A stretch of DNA of 64,000 bases, taken from NCBI GenBank assembly GCA_045650025.1, contig JAZRQR010000130.1:1202-65201 (forward strand), in the 5' to 3' direction. This DNA is from Eubacteriales bacterium (GTDB lineage Bacteria > Bacillota > Clostridia > Oscillospirales > CAG-272). Below are positions 1 through 8,836 of the stretch, one piece after another. The translations under genes were made by a program, and so were the position numbers. The notes under the pieces are model-generated. The model worked only from the letters and a program-made list of their open reading frames with translations, was not told the origin of the DNA and made no database searches. Each line of letters begins with the position of its first letter. Within the stretch, counting starts at the first letter, position 1.

Positions 1-899
1 GCTTTTCCACTGAATTGGTCATGGCGTAGTCAATGATCTTATTTGCTGCCTCCGTGCCGATCTCGTAAATATACGCATAATCAAACACGTTTGTCCACAA
101 ATAGCCGTCCTCGGTGATATACAGCGCCTTTTTGTACACGCCCAGTGCATCCGAGGTCACGGTGAAGCTGAGGTAAGGCGCGTCCCCCGCCCAATGGTCG
201 CTGTCGGCATACACCTTGGCGTCGCGACAGGAGGCGAGTACCTCAATGATATAGGCATCGTCCGCAGTCAAGCCGTAATGCCCCGTCGAATGATGATACT
301 TATCATCCGCCGTGGAAAAGCGGTCAAGCTCCAGCACCTTGGCAAGATTGTAACGGTCAAACAGCTCGCCAAGCGTGGCAGGCTTGTCATCATAGCCGTC
401 ACGGCAACGGTAGGCGTAATACACGCCCTCAATACCCAGCGCGACGACGTGCTCACGGGGTGCTCCCTTGACCTCGCGCACCTCATAGCCAAGATAATTG
501 CCCAGCTTTGTGCCCAAATTGTGGGGCTGCACCTCTATGCCCGAGGTCACATAATTGCGAAGCGACCACACGATATACGCGTGCTTTTCCATCGCACTCA
601 AATATTCCGCAGGCCACTCGATCGCAGTCTCCGCGCCGCCAATCGCTTGCTGCTTATAATGCCGCTCCAGGTCTCCAAAGGATACCGTCTCTCTCGGCGG
701 CATACCCGGCAGCTCCTCTTCACCGCGCAGCATAGGCACAACGATCACGCCCGCCAAAATCACCACGCAAAGGCAGGCTGCTACCAGCACGCCCCACCGG
801 GCAAGCGGTCGCTTGGCTTTTTTTGTATCCTTTGCAGCCGCACCGACAAGATCTTGATCGATCTCGCCCATCGCTTCTGCCATTTTCGGTATTTTCATA
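1..899 (-). CDS. Putative anti-sigma factor / membrane-anchored protein (3' end runs off the window)
   Basis: Absent from the ORF track because there is no stop in the window. Hand translation from ATG at 899 gives MKIPKMAEAMGEIDQDLVGAAAKDTKKAKRPLARWGVLVAACLCVVILAGVIVVP... and stays open to position 1. Start overlaps the stop of the upstream ECF sigma gene (ATGA). A short cytoplasmic N-terminus followed by one TM helix is the usual anti-sigma layout. Confidence 0.55.
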
Positions 900-1443
900 G
901 TCCAATTCCCTCCCCTATCAAATACTCCCTAAGCTTATTTCGGGTGTGAAACAGCATGCTCTTGACCTTGCTTTGGCTAAAGCCGTAGCGCTTGGCAATG
1001 TCCGAAACCGAGTCAAAAAAGTAATACTTGCGGATAAACACACCGCGCACGTCCTCGCTCTGCTCACGCAAAAACGCGCTGATGGCAGCCCCGATCTCGC
1101 CCTCGCGTCCGTCCACCGCATCGTCCGGTAAAACCTCCTCCAGCTCGGACAAGGAAACGGTCATCTCCCGACTGCATTTCTGTCTGGTCAGCGCGCGCAA
1201 GCGCTTAAGCGACAGATTGCGCACCACACGGCAAGCAAACGCACCAAGATCATCGGGGCTCGCGGGCGGAATGGCATTCCAAAGCCCCACATACGCGTCG
1301 TTAACGCACTCCTCGGCATCCTGCTCGTTGCCCAGCACACGCCGCGCAAGCCCCAAGCATAGCTTGCCGTATTTTTGCTCGGTCGCCCGAATCGCGCGCT
1401 CGTCACGCGCAAAATACAGCGCAATAATGCTGCGGTCGTCCAT
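895..1443 (-). CDS. ECF-type sigma-70 family RNA polymerase sigma factor
   Basis: 182 aa. Region-2-like DAEECVNDAYVGLW and region-4 HTH-like SDIAKRYGFSQSKVKSMLFHTRNKLREYL. Translationally coupled to the downstream membrane protein. Confidence 0.85.
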   Translation of the reverse strand: MDDRSIIALYFARDERAIRATEQKYGKLCLGLARRVLGNEQDAEECVNDAYVGLWNAIPPASPDDLGAFACRVVRNLSLKRLRALTRQKCSREMTVSLSELEEVLPDDAVDGREGEIGAAISAFLREQSEDVRGVFIRKYYFFDSVSDIAKRYGFSQSKVKSMLFHTRNKLREYLIGEGIGL

Positions 1444-1631
1444 GCCTCACACCTCCTGTCAATTTGATGGCGCCTCAACCATACAGTACCCTTTTGGATG
1501 CCGACGGTTGCAAAAGAGGGATTCTTTTTTCAATTATAGCAAAAAATCGGCATACCGTCAACCTCCCACACCCGAGTGCTGCTCTTTGGCAAGAAAAGAC
1601 GCACGAATTGAAAATTTATTGTGTCAAGCCC

Positions 1632-1660
1632 TTGCCAAAATCAAAAGTTTGTGTTATAAT
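1632..1660 (+). promoter_or_regulatory. SigmaA-type promoter upstream of the tRNA-Ser region
   Basis: TTGCCA (1632-1637), 17-nt spacer, TATAAT (1655-1660). Confidence 0.55.
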
Positions 1661-1890
1661 ACAATGCGTTGTATATGAAGGCGTATCTCGGCACAGCCGA
1701 GATTGCGAAGTGGTCATAACGGGTAAGCAAGTAAAAACGATTGAGAATCGTTTTTGCGAAGCGATACCGCCCAAAGCAAGGAGTTTGCAGAGCCGAGCGC
1801 ACCGAGGCTCGCACAAACGACTATGCGACGGCGGAGGGCACGAGTCTTAAAACCGTTTGGCACAAGATCCTCCGCTTTACAACTTAATAT

Positions 1891-1978
1891 GGAGGCATAT
1901 CGAAGTGGTCATAACGAGGCGGTCTTGAAAACCGTTTGGGGCTTCCCCACGGGGGTTCGAATCCCTCTGCCTCCGCCA
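1891..1978 (+). tRNA. tRNA-Ser (anticodon UGA), CCA encoded
   Basis: Hand-folded cloverleaf. Acceptor GGAGGCA/TGCCTCC, anticodon stem GCGGT/ACCGT with loop CTTGAAA (anticodon TGA), long variable arm (TTGGGGCTTCCCCACG), T-loop GGTTCGAATCC, discriminator G plus CCA. Confidence 0.9.
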
Positions 1979-1986
1979 AATAACAA

Positions 1987-2021
1987 GACACCCATCGCGT
2001 TGCGATGGGTGTCTGGTTATT
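1987..2021 (+). terminator. Hairpin after tRNA-Ser
   Basis: GACACCCATCGC / GCGATGGGTGTC 12-bp stem followed by a T-containing tail (tggttatttg). Confidence 0.55.
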
Positions 2022-2153
2022 TGATGGAGATATAATAGGGATACGAACGCAGTGAGCAAAACAACCTGAATGGTTGTTTTGTGAACGGTGACCGAAGATT
2101 TTTGCGAAACATGACCTTGCGTTTCATCCGGAATGTTTCGCAAAAATCAAGAA

Positions 2154-2177
2154 CGAATCCCTCTGCCTCCGCCAAAT
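2154..2177 (+). repeat. Orphan copy of the tRNA-Ser 3' end (24-bp direct repeat of 1958-1981)
   Basis: CGAATCCCTCTGCCTCCGCCAAAT is identical at 1958-1981 and 2154-2177. No matching tRNA 5' half lies upstream of the second copy. Confidence 0.85.
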
Positions 2178-2183
2178 TGTAAG

Positions 2184-2216
2184 CCCCCCATCGCGGCGCG
2201 ATGGGGGGTGTTTTTA
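2184..2216. terminator. GC-rich hairpin plus T-run
   Basis: CCCCCCATCGC / GCGATGGGGGG stem followed by TGTTTTTA. It sits between the tRNA region (+) and the stop of the convergent MBL-fold gene (-). Confidence 0.7.
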
Positions 2217-3533
2217 TCACTTTTTCTTATAATCCGGCATGGACAGTTCTGCGTCGGCGGCGAAGGTGGTGCCCCAGTCGCGGGTGTACTGGCCAAGACC
2301 TGCGATCAGGATCTCCTTGGTGTAGTCGCGCTCCTCCAGCGCCTTACGCTCCTCGTAGTGGCGCTCGGTCTGGTTATAGAGGTAGAGATTGCAGGGATAG
2401 TACAGGATGGATGCCTGCACGGTCTCATAAAATTCCAGCGGCACGTCCTCGACGCCGTGGTGTGAGATCTGGCAAACGTCGCTCTTAAGGTACTCCGCGC
2501 CGTACATAGCGGTCATCAGGTCAGTTCCCTCCTTACCGATGTCGCCTAAAAAGATGGCGCTGTAATTCTCGGTATAGATACGGGTGACCAGGCTGGAGTT
2601 ATTGAAATAGTTATTGTGGTTGCCGATCTTGAACAGATCATCCGCCGCCAGCAGCACTTCCATCCTGAACTCGCCAAAAACGAATTCCATACCGGTGTGT
2701 GCGTACACGAGCTGCGCGCCCAGCTTGGTAACATCCTCGTGAATGTCGACGTTGAAGTAATCGTCACCGCCGATCTGCTTGGCAAGCTCGATCTCAATGG
2801 GCGCGAAAATAACGTACTCGACCTTAACGTCATCGGCGTAATTGTTGCAGAAATACGAGAAGGTGGGGTGATGGTCGTCATGCGAGTGGGTCAGCACCCA
2901 TGCGCGGATAAGCGGCTTATCCGAACCCGTGTGCAGATCCTCGATTTGAGCCATAACCTTTTTCGCGCGCTTTTCGTACGAGCCGTCATACACGATAAAC
3001 GAGCCGTCCGGCAGCTGCACGATATAGCACATGCCGTTGACGTTGGAGCTGTCACGCATCTGCGTGATCGAGGGGGTCACACTTCCCTGCACCTCCTCGG
3101 CACTCAGCACGGGCGGCAGGGTCTTTCCGGCGTCATCAGAGCGCACGACGGAGAGCTCTTTGCTGCTCGCGATCCAATACACGTGCGCCATAGCCGTACC
3201 ATCGGTCAGCGTGCAGAACAGGCTGCCAGCCTTGTCGCTCTCGGTATAAACACGATAGCCCTCCTGTAAAAAGTAGGAGCGCACACCCGCAAAATCCTCT
3301 GCGGTCTTGTCCAGGTAGGTGCGCAGGACCGAATTATCCTCGCACTTATAGGTAATATCGGCATAGCCGTAGCTTTCGGGGTCAATGGGATCGGGCAGCG
3401 TTTCTGCCTCGGTCTGCGTTTCGGCAGAGCCGTCGGAGGATTCGCCCCCATCGGTCGTGCACGCACTCATGGGGATCAGCATGGAGAGAAGCAGGATCCA
3501 CAGCGTCAGGGTCAATACAGCGTTTCTTTTCAT
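2217..3533 (-). CDS. MBL-fold metallo-hydrolase lipoprotein
   Basis: HxHxDH motif (LTHSHDDHH). Signal peptide with lipobox (LIPMSAC). Start moved to the internal ATG (MKRNAVL...) preceded by GAAAGGA; the longer track ORF (to 3557) would overlap the upstream gene. Confidence 0.8.
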   Translation of the reverse strand: MKRNAVLTLTLWILLLSMLIPMSACTTDGGESSDGSAETQTEAETLPDPIDPESYGYADITYKCEDNSVLRTYLDKTAEDFAGVRSYFLQEGYRVYTESDKAGSLFCTLTDGTAMAHVYWIASSKELSVVRSDDAGKTLPPVLSAEEVQGSVTPSITQMRDSSNVNGMCYIVQLPDGSFIVYDGSYEKRAKKVMAQIEDLHTGSDKPLIRAWVLTHSHDDHHPTFSYFCNNYADDVKVEYVIFAPIEIELAKQIGGDDYFNVDIHEDVTKLGAQLVYAHTGMEFVFGEFRMEVLLAADDLFKIGNHNNYFNNSSLVTRIYTENYSAIFLGDIGKEGTDLMTAMYGAEYLKSDVCQISHHGVEDVPLEFYETVQASILYYPCNLYLYNQTERHYEERKALEERDYTKEILIAGLGQYTRDWGTTFAADAELSMPDYKKK

Positions 3534-3546
3534 GATGCTCGTCCTT

Positions 3547-4317
3547 TCAAAATGCAATTTCCGCTACAATGGCAAAGTGATCCGAGTAAAACAATCCTTG
3601 ATTTTGCACGTCATCGGGCACCATGCTGCATAAACTGCACGCCCCGTTGGCAAATATATAATCGATCTTGATGCGCTTTTCAGGTGCGATGCGCCCAAAG
3701 CCATGGAAGGTGCCGCCCAGATGTGCGGTGACGTCATATGCTCCGCGCGCCAGCATGGCATTTGTAATGGTCGCGATCTCGGGAGAATCGGGCTTGGCAT
3801 TCATATCCCCCATCAGCACCAGCGGCTGGGGGTATTTATCCAAAGCTGCGCACAAAAGCGCGGCTTCGATCTGTCTTGCCACAGCGCCCACGTGATCCAG
3901 GTGGGTATTGCACACGCAAATCTCGCGCTCTGCCTCAAAGCTATACAGCACGGCAACGGTTGCCATGCGCGGGCAGGGGCTCTGGTCGCCACCCAGCGTG
4001 GAGCCTGCAACCGAAGGCGTGGCGGTCAGCCAGAAATTTTCCACGTGCGCGGGCGAAAACCCTTGCTTACGGTAGGCAATTGCCATGGATTCCCCTTGAT
4101 AATTCCGCTCTCTGCCGCAGCCCACAAAGGCATACTCGGGCATATGCTGCTCCAGATACGCGCGCATCAGATGCGTGCATTCCTGAAAGCCCACGATATC
4201 CGGCTTTTGCATCTCCAGCATGGCGATGACGCGGTCGGTGCGGTTGGTAAAGCTGTTGATCCCGTCACCTGCGTTGTCCACGCGCAAATTATAGGTCATG
4301 ATCTTGACGTTTGCCAT
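3547..4317 (-). CDS. Endonuclease/exonuclease/phosphatase (EEP) family protein
   Basis: 256 aa. N-terminal MTYNLR, GFQE, and C-terminal SDH motif (YSDHFAIVAEI), all typical of the EEP fold. Confidence 0.85.
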   Translation of the reverse strand: MANVKIMTYNLRVDNAGDGINSFTNRTDRVIAMLEMQKPDIVGFQECTHLMRAYLEQHMPEYAFVGCGRERNYQGESMAIAYRKQGFSPAHVENFWLTATPSVAGSTLGGDQSPCPRMATVAVLYSFEAEREICVCNTHLDHVGAVARQIEAALLCAALDKYPQPLVLMGDMNAKPDSPEIATITNAMLARGAYDVTAHLGGTFHGFGRIAPEKRIKIDYIFANGACSLCSMVPDDVQNQGLFYSDHFAIVAEIAF

Positions 4318-4337
4318 ACTTGTCTCTCCTCCTTCTT

Positions 4338-5741
4338 TTAAAGGGTCAGGGGCAGCAGATCAAAGAGCTTATACACGTCACCCGCGCCCATGACGATCAC
4401 GGCGTCGCGCTCGGTGACCTGCTCGCTCAAATACTCTGCAACGCTTTGGTACTCGGCAATATACTTGGCACGCGCGCCGATGCGGGACGCCAGCTTTGCC
4501 GAGCTCATGCCCTTGCTGTCCTTCTCGCGCGCGGCGTAAATATCCACAAGCACCACCTGATCGGCTGCATCAAACGCGCCCGCAAACTGGTCTGCCAGCT
4601 GCGCGGTGCGGCTGTAGGTATGAGGCTGGAACACGCAGAATACGCGTGCAAAGCCCATTTTGCCAACGCCCTGCAGCGTTGCTGCCACCTCGGTGGGGTG
4701 ATGCCCGTAATCATCGTACACGGCAGCACCGTTGAGCTTGCCCTTATACTCCATGCGTCTGCCCGCTCCGCGGAACGCATGCAAGCCGCTTGCGATCTGC
4801 TCAGCGCAAAGTCCGCACAAATGCGCGCTTGCCGCTGCTGCCAGCGCGTTATAGACGTTATGCTTACCGGGGACGCTGAGCGCCACGTGTGCAAACGCCT
4901 CGCCGTCCAGCAAAATATCAAACGACGGAAAACCGCCATCATAGCAAACGTTGACCGCACGGAAGGTGGCATACTCGTTTTCAATGCCAAACGTGACCGT
5001 ACCGCCTACGTACTGTGCAAGCGATGCCATGACCTCGGGGTCGTCACAGTTTGCAACCGCAAAGCCACTCTCCCCCGTCAGATCGGCATACTTGCCAAAC
5101 GAGGTGCGGATCTGCTCCATGCTCTTGAAATAATCCACGTGCTCCATTTCCACGTTGAGAAGCACGGCAATGCCCGGATTGAAATCCAGGAAGGAATCCA
5201 TATACTCGCAAGCCTCAAAGATAAAATGCTGCTTGCCGCCGATGCGGTACGCGCCGTCCAGGCACGCGGTGGTCGCACCCGAAAGCACGGTGGGATCTGC
5301 TCCCGCATCCACAAAGATCTGCGCACACATGGAGGTGCAGGTGCTCTTGCCGTGCATACCCGCAATGCCCACGCGATGTGCGTATCCCATCATGATATAG
5401 CCCAGGTAATCCGCGCGCGATACGCAAGGAATGCCCTGTGCCTTGGCATAGGCGTATTCGGGGTTGTCGGGCGAGATCGCCACGGTGTACACCACCATAT
5501 CCGCGCCCTCTGCCGCCACCGCATCATGCTCGTAAAACACGCGGATGCCGCTCTGCTCCAGCGACTGCGTCACGGCGGTGCAGGTGCGGTCGGTGCCGCT
5601 GACCGCATAGCCGCGCTGATGGGTGATCAGCGCCAGCGAGGACATCATGACGCCGCCTACGCCTACAAAATGAATATGCTTTGCGCCGTCCAGCATTTGT
5701 GCAATGGCGGCAGCGCCAAAATGCGTATTGGGAGTTGCCAT
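4338..5741 (-). CDS. murC: UDP-N-acetylmuramate--L-alanine ligase
   Basis: Full-length Mur-ligase architecture: FVGVGGVMMS Rossmann N-terminus and GMHGKST P-loop. Start set at ATG (MATPNTHF) behind AGGAGAG; the track ORF begins at an upstream TTG. Confidence 0.9.
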   Translation of the reverse strand: MATPNTHFGAAAIAQMLDGAKHIHFVGVGGVMMSSLALITHQRGYAVSGTDRTCTAVTQSLEQSGIRVFYEHDAVAAEGADMVVYTVAISPDNPEYAYAKAQGIPCVSRADYLGYIMMGYAHRVGIAGMHGKSTCTSMCAQIFVDAGADPTVLSGATTACLDGAYRIGGKQHFIFEACEYMDSFLDFNPGIAVLLNVEMEHVDYFKSMEQIRTSFGKYADLTGESGFAVANCDDPEVMASLAQYVGGTVTFGIENEYATFRAVNVCYDGGFPSFDILLDGEAFAHVALSVPGKHNVYNALAAAASAHLCGLCAEQIASGLHAFRGAGRRMEYKGKLNGAAVYDDYGHHPTEVAATLQGVGKMGFARVFCVFQPHTYSRTAQLADQFAGAFDAADQVVLVDIYAAREKDSKGMSSAKLASRIGARAKYIAEYQSVAEYLSEQVTERDAVIVMGAGDVYKLFDLLPLTL

Positions 5742-5916
5742 ACTCTCTCCTATCTGCAATTCATGAATTCGACATGAAATTGTAACGATTTTTTTACCTA
5801 TACAAACAAATATTCACACAATCATCACATTGCACATGAATACTTGTCACATTATCGTTGTAAAATAAAATTTACCAGTTTGACAATTAAACATTATGAA
5901 CACGGAGGACCGTATT

Positions 5917-6216
5917 ATGCAAATTACTGATATTAAGATCAGGAAGCTCTTTGATGACGGCCCCATGAAAGCCATAGTTTCTGTCACCTTCGATTATCAG
6001 CTGGCTGTCCATGACATCAAAGTCATCTATGCACGCGACAAGTACTTTGTCGTAATGCCCAGTCGCAAGAATCCCGATGAGACCTACAGAGATATTGCTC
6101 ACCCCATCAACGCACAGTTCCGCAGCACGCTGGAGGAAGCGATCATCGTAGCATATCAAAAGGAAGTTGAGCTTGCCAATGCGGCTGCAGAGCAACAAGA
6201 ACCCGCAACCTACTAA
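5917..6216 (+). CDS. spoVG: Septation/sporulation protein SpoVG
   Basis: MQITDIKIRKL...KAIVSVTFD...VHDIKVI... is a characteristic SpoVG sequence. GGAGGA lies 7 nt upstream of ATG 5917. The upstream region is AT-rich. Confidence 0.9.
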   Translation: MQITDIKIRKLFDDGPMKAIVSVTFDYQLAVHDIKVIYARDKYFVVMPSRKNPDETYRDIAHPINAQFRSTLEEAIIVAYQKEVELANAAAEQQEPATY

Positions 6217-6230
6217 TCCGGCAAATCCCT

Positions 6231-6266
6231 AAAAAACGCTTCCCTTTCAAGGGGAGGCTTTTTTTA
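6231..6266. terminator. Bidirectional-looking terminator between convergent genes
   Basis: AAAAAAC-GCTTCCC-TTTCAA-GGGGAGGC-TTTTTTT hairpin flanked by an A-run and a T-run. Confidence 0.6.
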
Positions 6267-6270
6267 TGCC

Positions 6271-6777
6271 TTACAGCGTGCCAAAGCCAAACAGCACGCC
6301 ATCGTTCCCCACGTGCAGCGTGCCGAATTTGCCCTCGAACAAGCTGCCCGGATTGCAAAGCAGCAGCGGCTTTTGCAGCACCTGCGAGCCCACACGCTCG
6401 CCTGCCTCAAGCCATTGCTGATGTGCCCTGTGCGTATGCCCGTACAAAAGCACGTCCGCCTGCATCTGCGCCGCAAACGCGCATGCACGCTCCAAGCCAC
6501 CCTTGACGCCGTGGGTATGCCCGTGCATCAGGAGAATGCGGTAGGCTCCCACCTCCAAAAGCGCATGCTCGGGCACGCCGAGCCCCTCAAAGGTGGCGGT
6601 AAAATCGCAGTTGCCGCGCACACAGCGCACGCAAAGATCCTGATATTCCAGCACGCGCAAATCATGCAAGCCGTCCCCTAAAAACAGCACGGCATCGGGT
6701 GCGCGCAGCTGGCGCTCCAGCACAAGATCGATCCGGTCCGCTCTGCCGTGCGAATCGGCCAGTACCAAATACTCCAT
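6271..6777 (-). CDS. YfcE/MJ0936-family metallophosphoesterase
   Basis: DSHG, GDGLHD, GNCD and GHTH motifs in the canonical order. Its start abuts the stop of the upstream gene (TGAATG). Confidence 0.85.
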   Translation of the reverse strand: MEYLVLADSHGRADRIDLVLERQLRAPDAVLFLGDGLHDLRVLEYQDLCVRCVRGNCDFTATFEGLGVPEHALLEVGAYRILLMHGHTHGVKGGLERACAFAAQMQADVLLYGHTHRAHQQWLEAGERVGSQVLQKPLLLCNPGSLFEGKFGTLHVGNDGVLFGFGTL

Positions 6778-7746
6778 TCAGCAAGCTCCAACGGGTGTGG
6801 GCTCGCAGGCGGGCGCGTAGGTCGCACCGCGCGGCACGATCAGGCAAAGCGCATTGCGCGCAGCGCTGATCTCCAGCTCGGTCGCCTCCACCACTTCACC
6901 GTCCACGCAAATGCTTTGCGGTGCATCAAAGGTATAGCGAATGGTATGTACCTTGACGTAATCGATGACACGTCTGGCTCTCGGAGAATGCACGTAGCTG
7001 CCGCTCTTATACTGCTTGACCAGCGATACAAACTTGACGCGAGAGATATTTTTGATCATAAGCACGTCCAGCACGCCGTCCTTGATGTGTGCCAAGGGCG
7101 AAGAATGGAATCCGCCGCCACACCACTCGCCGTTTGCCACGGCGGTCAGCAGCATATTGCGCTTTTGCGCGGGCGCGCCGTCCAAGGAAATGCTTGCCTT
7201 GACGCCGGGCTTGCGCACAAGCGTGAGCACCAGCCCCGCAATATACCCCATTCCGGCAGGCAGCAGCTTGCTTTTTTTGAGCTTGGACGTCATCTTGACT
7301 ACCTCGCAATCAAAGCCGATGTTAATCATATTGGTGCACAGGCGATCGTTATAGCGGATCAGATCCACGTACTGCGTCTGTCCGTCCAGCTGCGCATCAA
7401 TATCCAAGAAGGCTTGCTTTCCCTCAAAATTGCGCACGAAATCGTTGCCCGTTCCGACGGGAATGACGCCAACGGCGGCATTGGGGTGTCCGTAGGCACC
7501 GCACACCGTTTCGGAAAGTGTACCGTCACCGCCGCAGGCATAAAAGTGCAGCTGCGTTTTTGGCTCACGCGTGCAAAGCGCATCCACAAAAGAGGTGGCA
7601 TCCCCCGGTTGACCGGTCATATGGATCTCGAAATTCACTCCGCGCGCGCTGCAGGCTTGCTCGATCTGCGTTCTCAGATCTGCCTTTCCCTCACTTTTAC
7701 CGGCTGCGGGATTGAGTATAAAGACGTGCTTTACGGTGCTTTCCAT
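6778..7746 (-). CDS. Diacylglycerol/lipid kinase family protein (YegS/BmrU-like)
   Basis: ILNPAAGK and GGDGTLSE motifs. Start set at ATG (MESTVKH) behind GAAGGA. Confidence 0.85.
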   Translation of the reverse strand: MESTVKHVFILNPAAGKSEGKADLRTQIEQACSARGVNFEIHMTGQPGDATSFVDALCTREPKTQLHFYACGGDGTLSETVCGAYGHPNAAVGVIPVGTGNDFVRNFEGKQAFLDIDAQLDGQTQYVDLIRYNDRLCTNMINIGFDCEVVKMTSKLKKSKLLPAGMGYIAGLVLTLVRKPGVKASISLDGAPAQKRNMLLTAVANGEWCGGGFHSSPLAHIKDGVLDVLMIKNISRVKFVSLVKQYKSGSYVHSPRARRVIDYVKVHTIRYTFDAPQSICVDGEVVEATELEISAARNALCLIVPRGATYAPACEPTPVGAC

Positions 7747-7890
7747 ACGTTTTCCTTCCCTTTCACGCGTGTTCAAACACGCTATCAGTTTATTATATCA
7801 CAAACCCATGCGCCTTGTCTACCTTTTTTCACAGTTTTTTTGTGCTCCTCATACTATAATAGTACATATGTGAAAGGAGAACGAACCATC

Positions 7891-8133
7891 ATGACACTTG
7901 ACAGAAACGCGGTGGAAAGGCTGCTGGCGCTCAACGACAGGCAGCTGGCACTTGTGATCAAAAAGCTGATGGCAGAGGCGGGGCTTGACCCTGCTATGGT
8001 GCAGCTCAATTCCTCGGGCATTGCCGCCCTGCGTGCTGCCCTTGCCATGGCAACCGACGAGGACCTTAAGCACGCAAGTGAGCAGCTTGCCAAGCTGCAG
8101 AAAAACGGAGGCAAGCATGGCGGAGCAGGATAA
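7891..8133 (+). CDS. Small hypothetical protein (80 aa)
   Basis: AAAGGAGAA RBS 9 nt upstream of ATG 7891. This is the in-frame 3' part of a long spurious track ORF. No family recognised. Confidence 0.5.
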   Translation: MTLDRNAVERLLALNDRQLALVIKKLMAEAGLDPAMVQLNSSGIAALRAALAMATDEDLKHASEQLAKLQKNGGKHGGAG

Positions 8134-8443
8134 GCTGCAGCAGCTTCTGGAGGATCCCGAGGTGCTGGCTGCGGCAGACGGGACAGATGCCCCGCAAGAC
8201 ATGCTGCCCGCAAGTGCCCCTGCAGCCTCCATGCCGGGCGCAATACCGCCCGATCTGATGGCAAAGCTGCCCGCACTGATGGGCGCGATTGGACCTCTTT
8301 TGGGCGCGGACGGCGGCAAAAAGGACGAAAAGACCGCGCTCTTGCTGGCGCTCAAGCCCTACATGAGTCCCGTGCGTTGCGACGCCATTGACAAGCTGAT
8401 CATGCTCGGACGGCTGGGCGAGGTCATGCGGCAATTGCATTAA
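8117..8443 (+). CDS. Hypothetical protein (108 aa)
   Basis: ACGGAGG RBS before ATG 8117. Overlaps the previous small ORF by 17 nt. Pro/Ala-rich centre and a helical C-terminus. Confidence 0.55.
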   Translation: MAEQDKLQQLLEDPEVLAAADGTDAPQDMLPASAPAASMPGAIPPDLMAKLPALMGAIGPLLGADGGKKDEKTALLLALKPYMSPVRCDAIDKLIMLGRLGEVMRQLH

Positions 8444-8456
8444 GGAGGGCAAAGGA

Positions 8457-8795
8457 ATGTACGTAAAACCCTCGCGCAAGCAGATACGCGGCGTCTACGT
8501 GCCCGAAAATTACCACGGCACCGCCTTTGACGAGCAGGAAGGTTTCCGGCACGATGCGCCGTCCTTCGCCCCTGCCAAGGAGTCCGACGAGGTAAGCACC
8601 GCACACGCACAAGAGCCCGACGCCAAGAAAGCCGAGAGCGCAGGGCTCTCCTCCCTGTTCTCGGGGCTTGGCAGCCTGCGCTCGGATGATATTTTATTGC
8701 TTGCCCTGATCCTGCTGCTTGCCCGCAGCGATTCCCACGGGCAAAGCGCAGCCGACATCCTGCCCATGCTGGCGATTCTCTTGTTTATCGGGTAG
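8457..8795 (+). CDS. Hypothetical protein with hydrophobic C-terminal segments (112 aa)
   Basis: AAGGAGGG RBS before ATG 8457. C-terminal DDILLLALILLLA and ILPMLAILLFIG segments. Confidence 0.55.
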   Translation: MYVKPSRKQIRGVYVPENYHGTAFDEQEGFRHDAPSFAPAKESDEVSTAHAQEPDAKKAESAGLSSLFSGLGSLRSDDILLLALILLLARSDSHGQSAADILPMLAILLFIG

Positions 8796-8803
8796 CACGC
8801 AAC

Positions 8804-8836
8804 AAAAAAGAGCCGACGCACGCGTCGGCTCTTTTA
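8804..8836. terminator. Bidirectional intrinsic terminator
   Basis: AAAAAG-AGCCGACGC / GCGTCGGCT-CTTTTATT between convergent genes. Confidence 0.75.

Noticed and set aside
194-949. 251-aa + strand ORF at the left edge
   Set aside because: It is antisense to the ATGA-coupled membrane-protein gene downstream of the ECF sigma factor. It has no motifs or RBS.
1958-2177. Integrated prophage or genomic island at tRNA-Ser
   Set aside because: Only 172 bp separate the direct repeats, and no integrase or cargo gene is present. At most this is a scar or a miniature element (reported as a finding).
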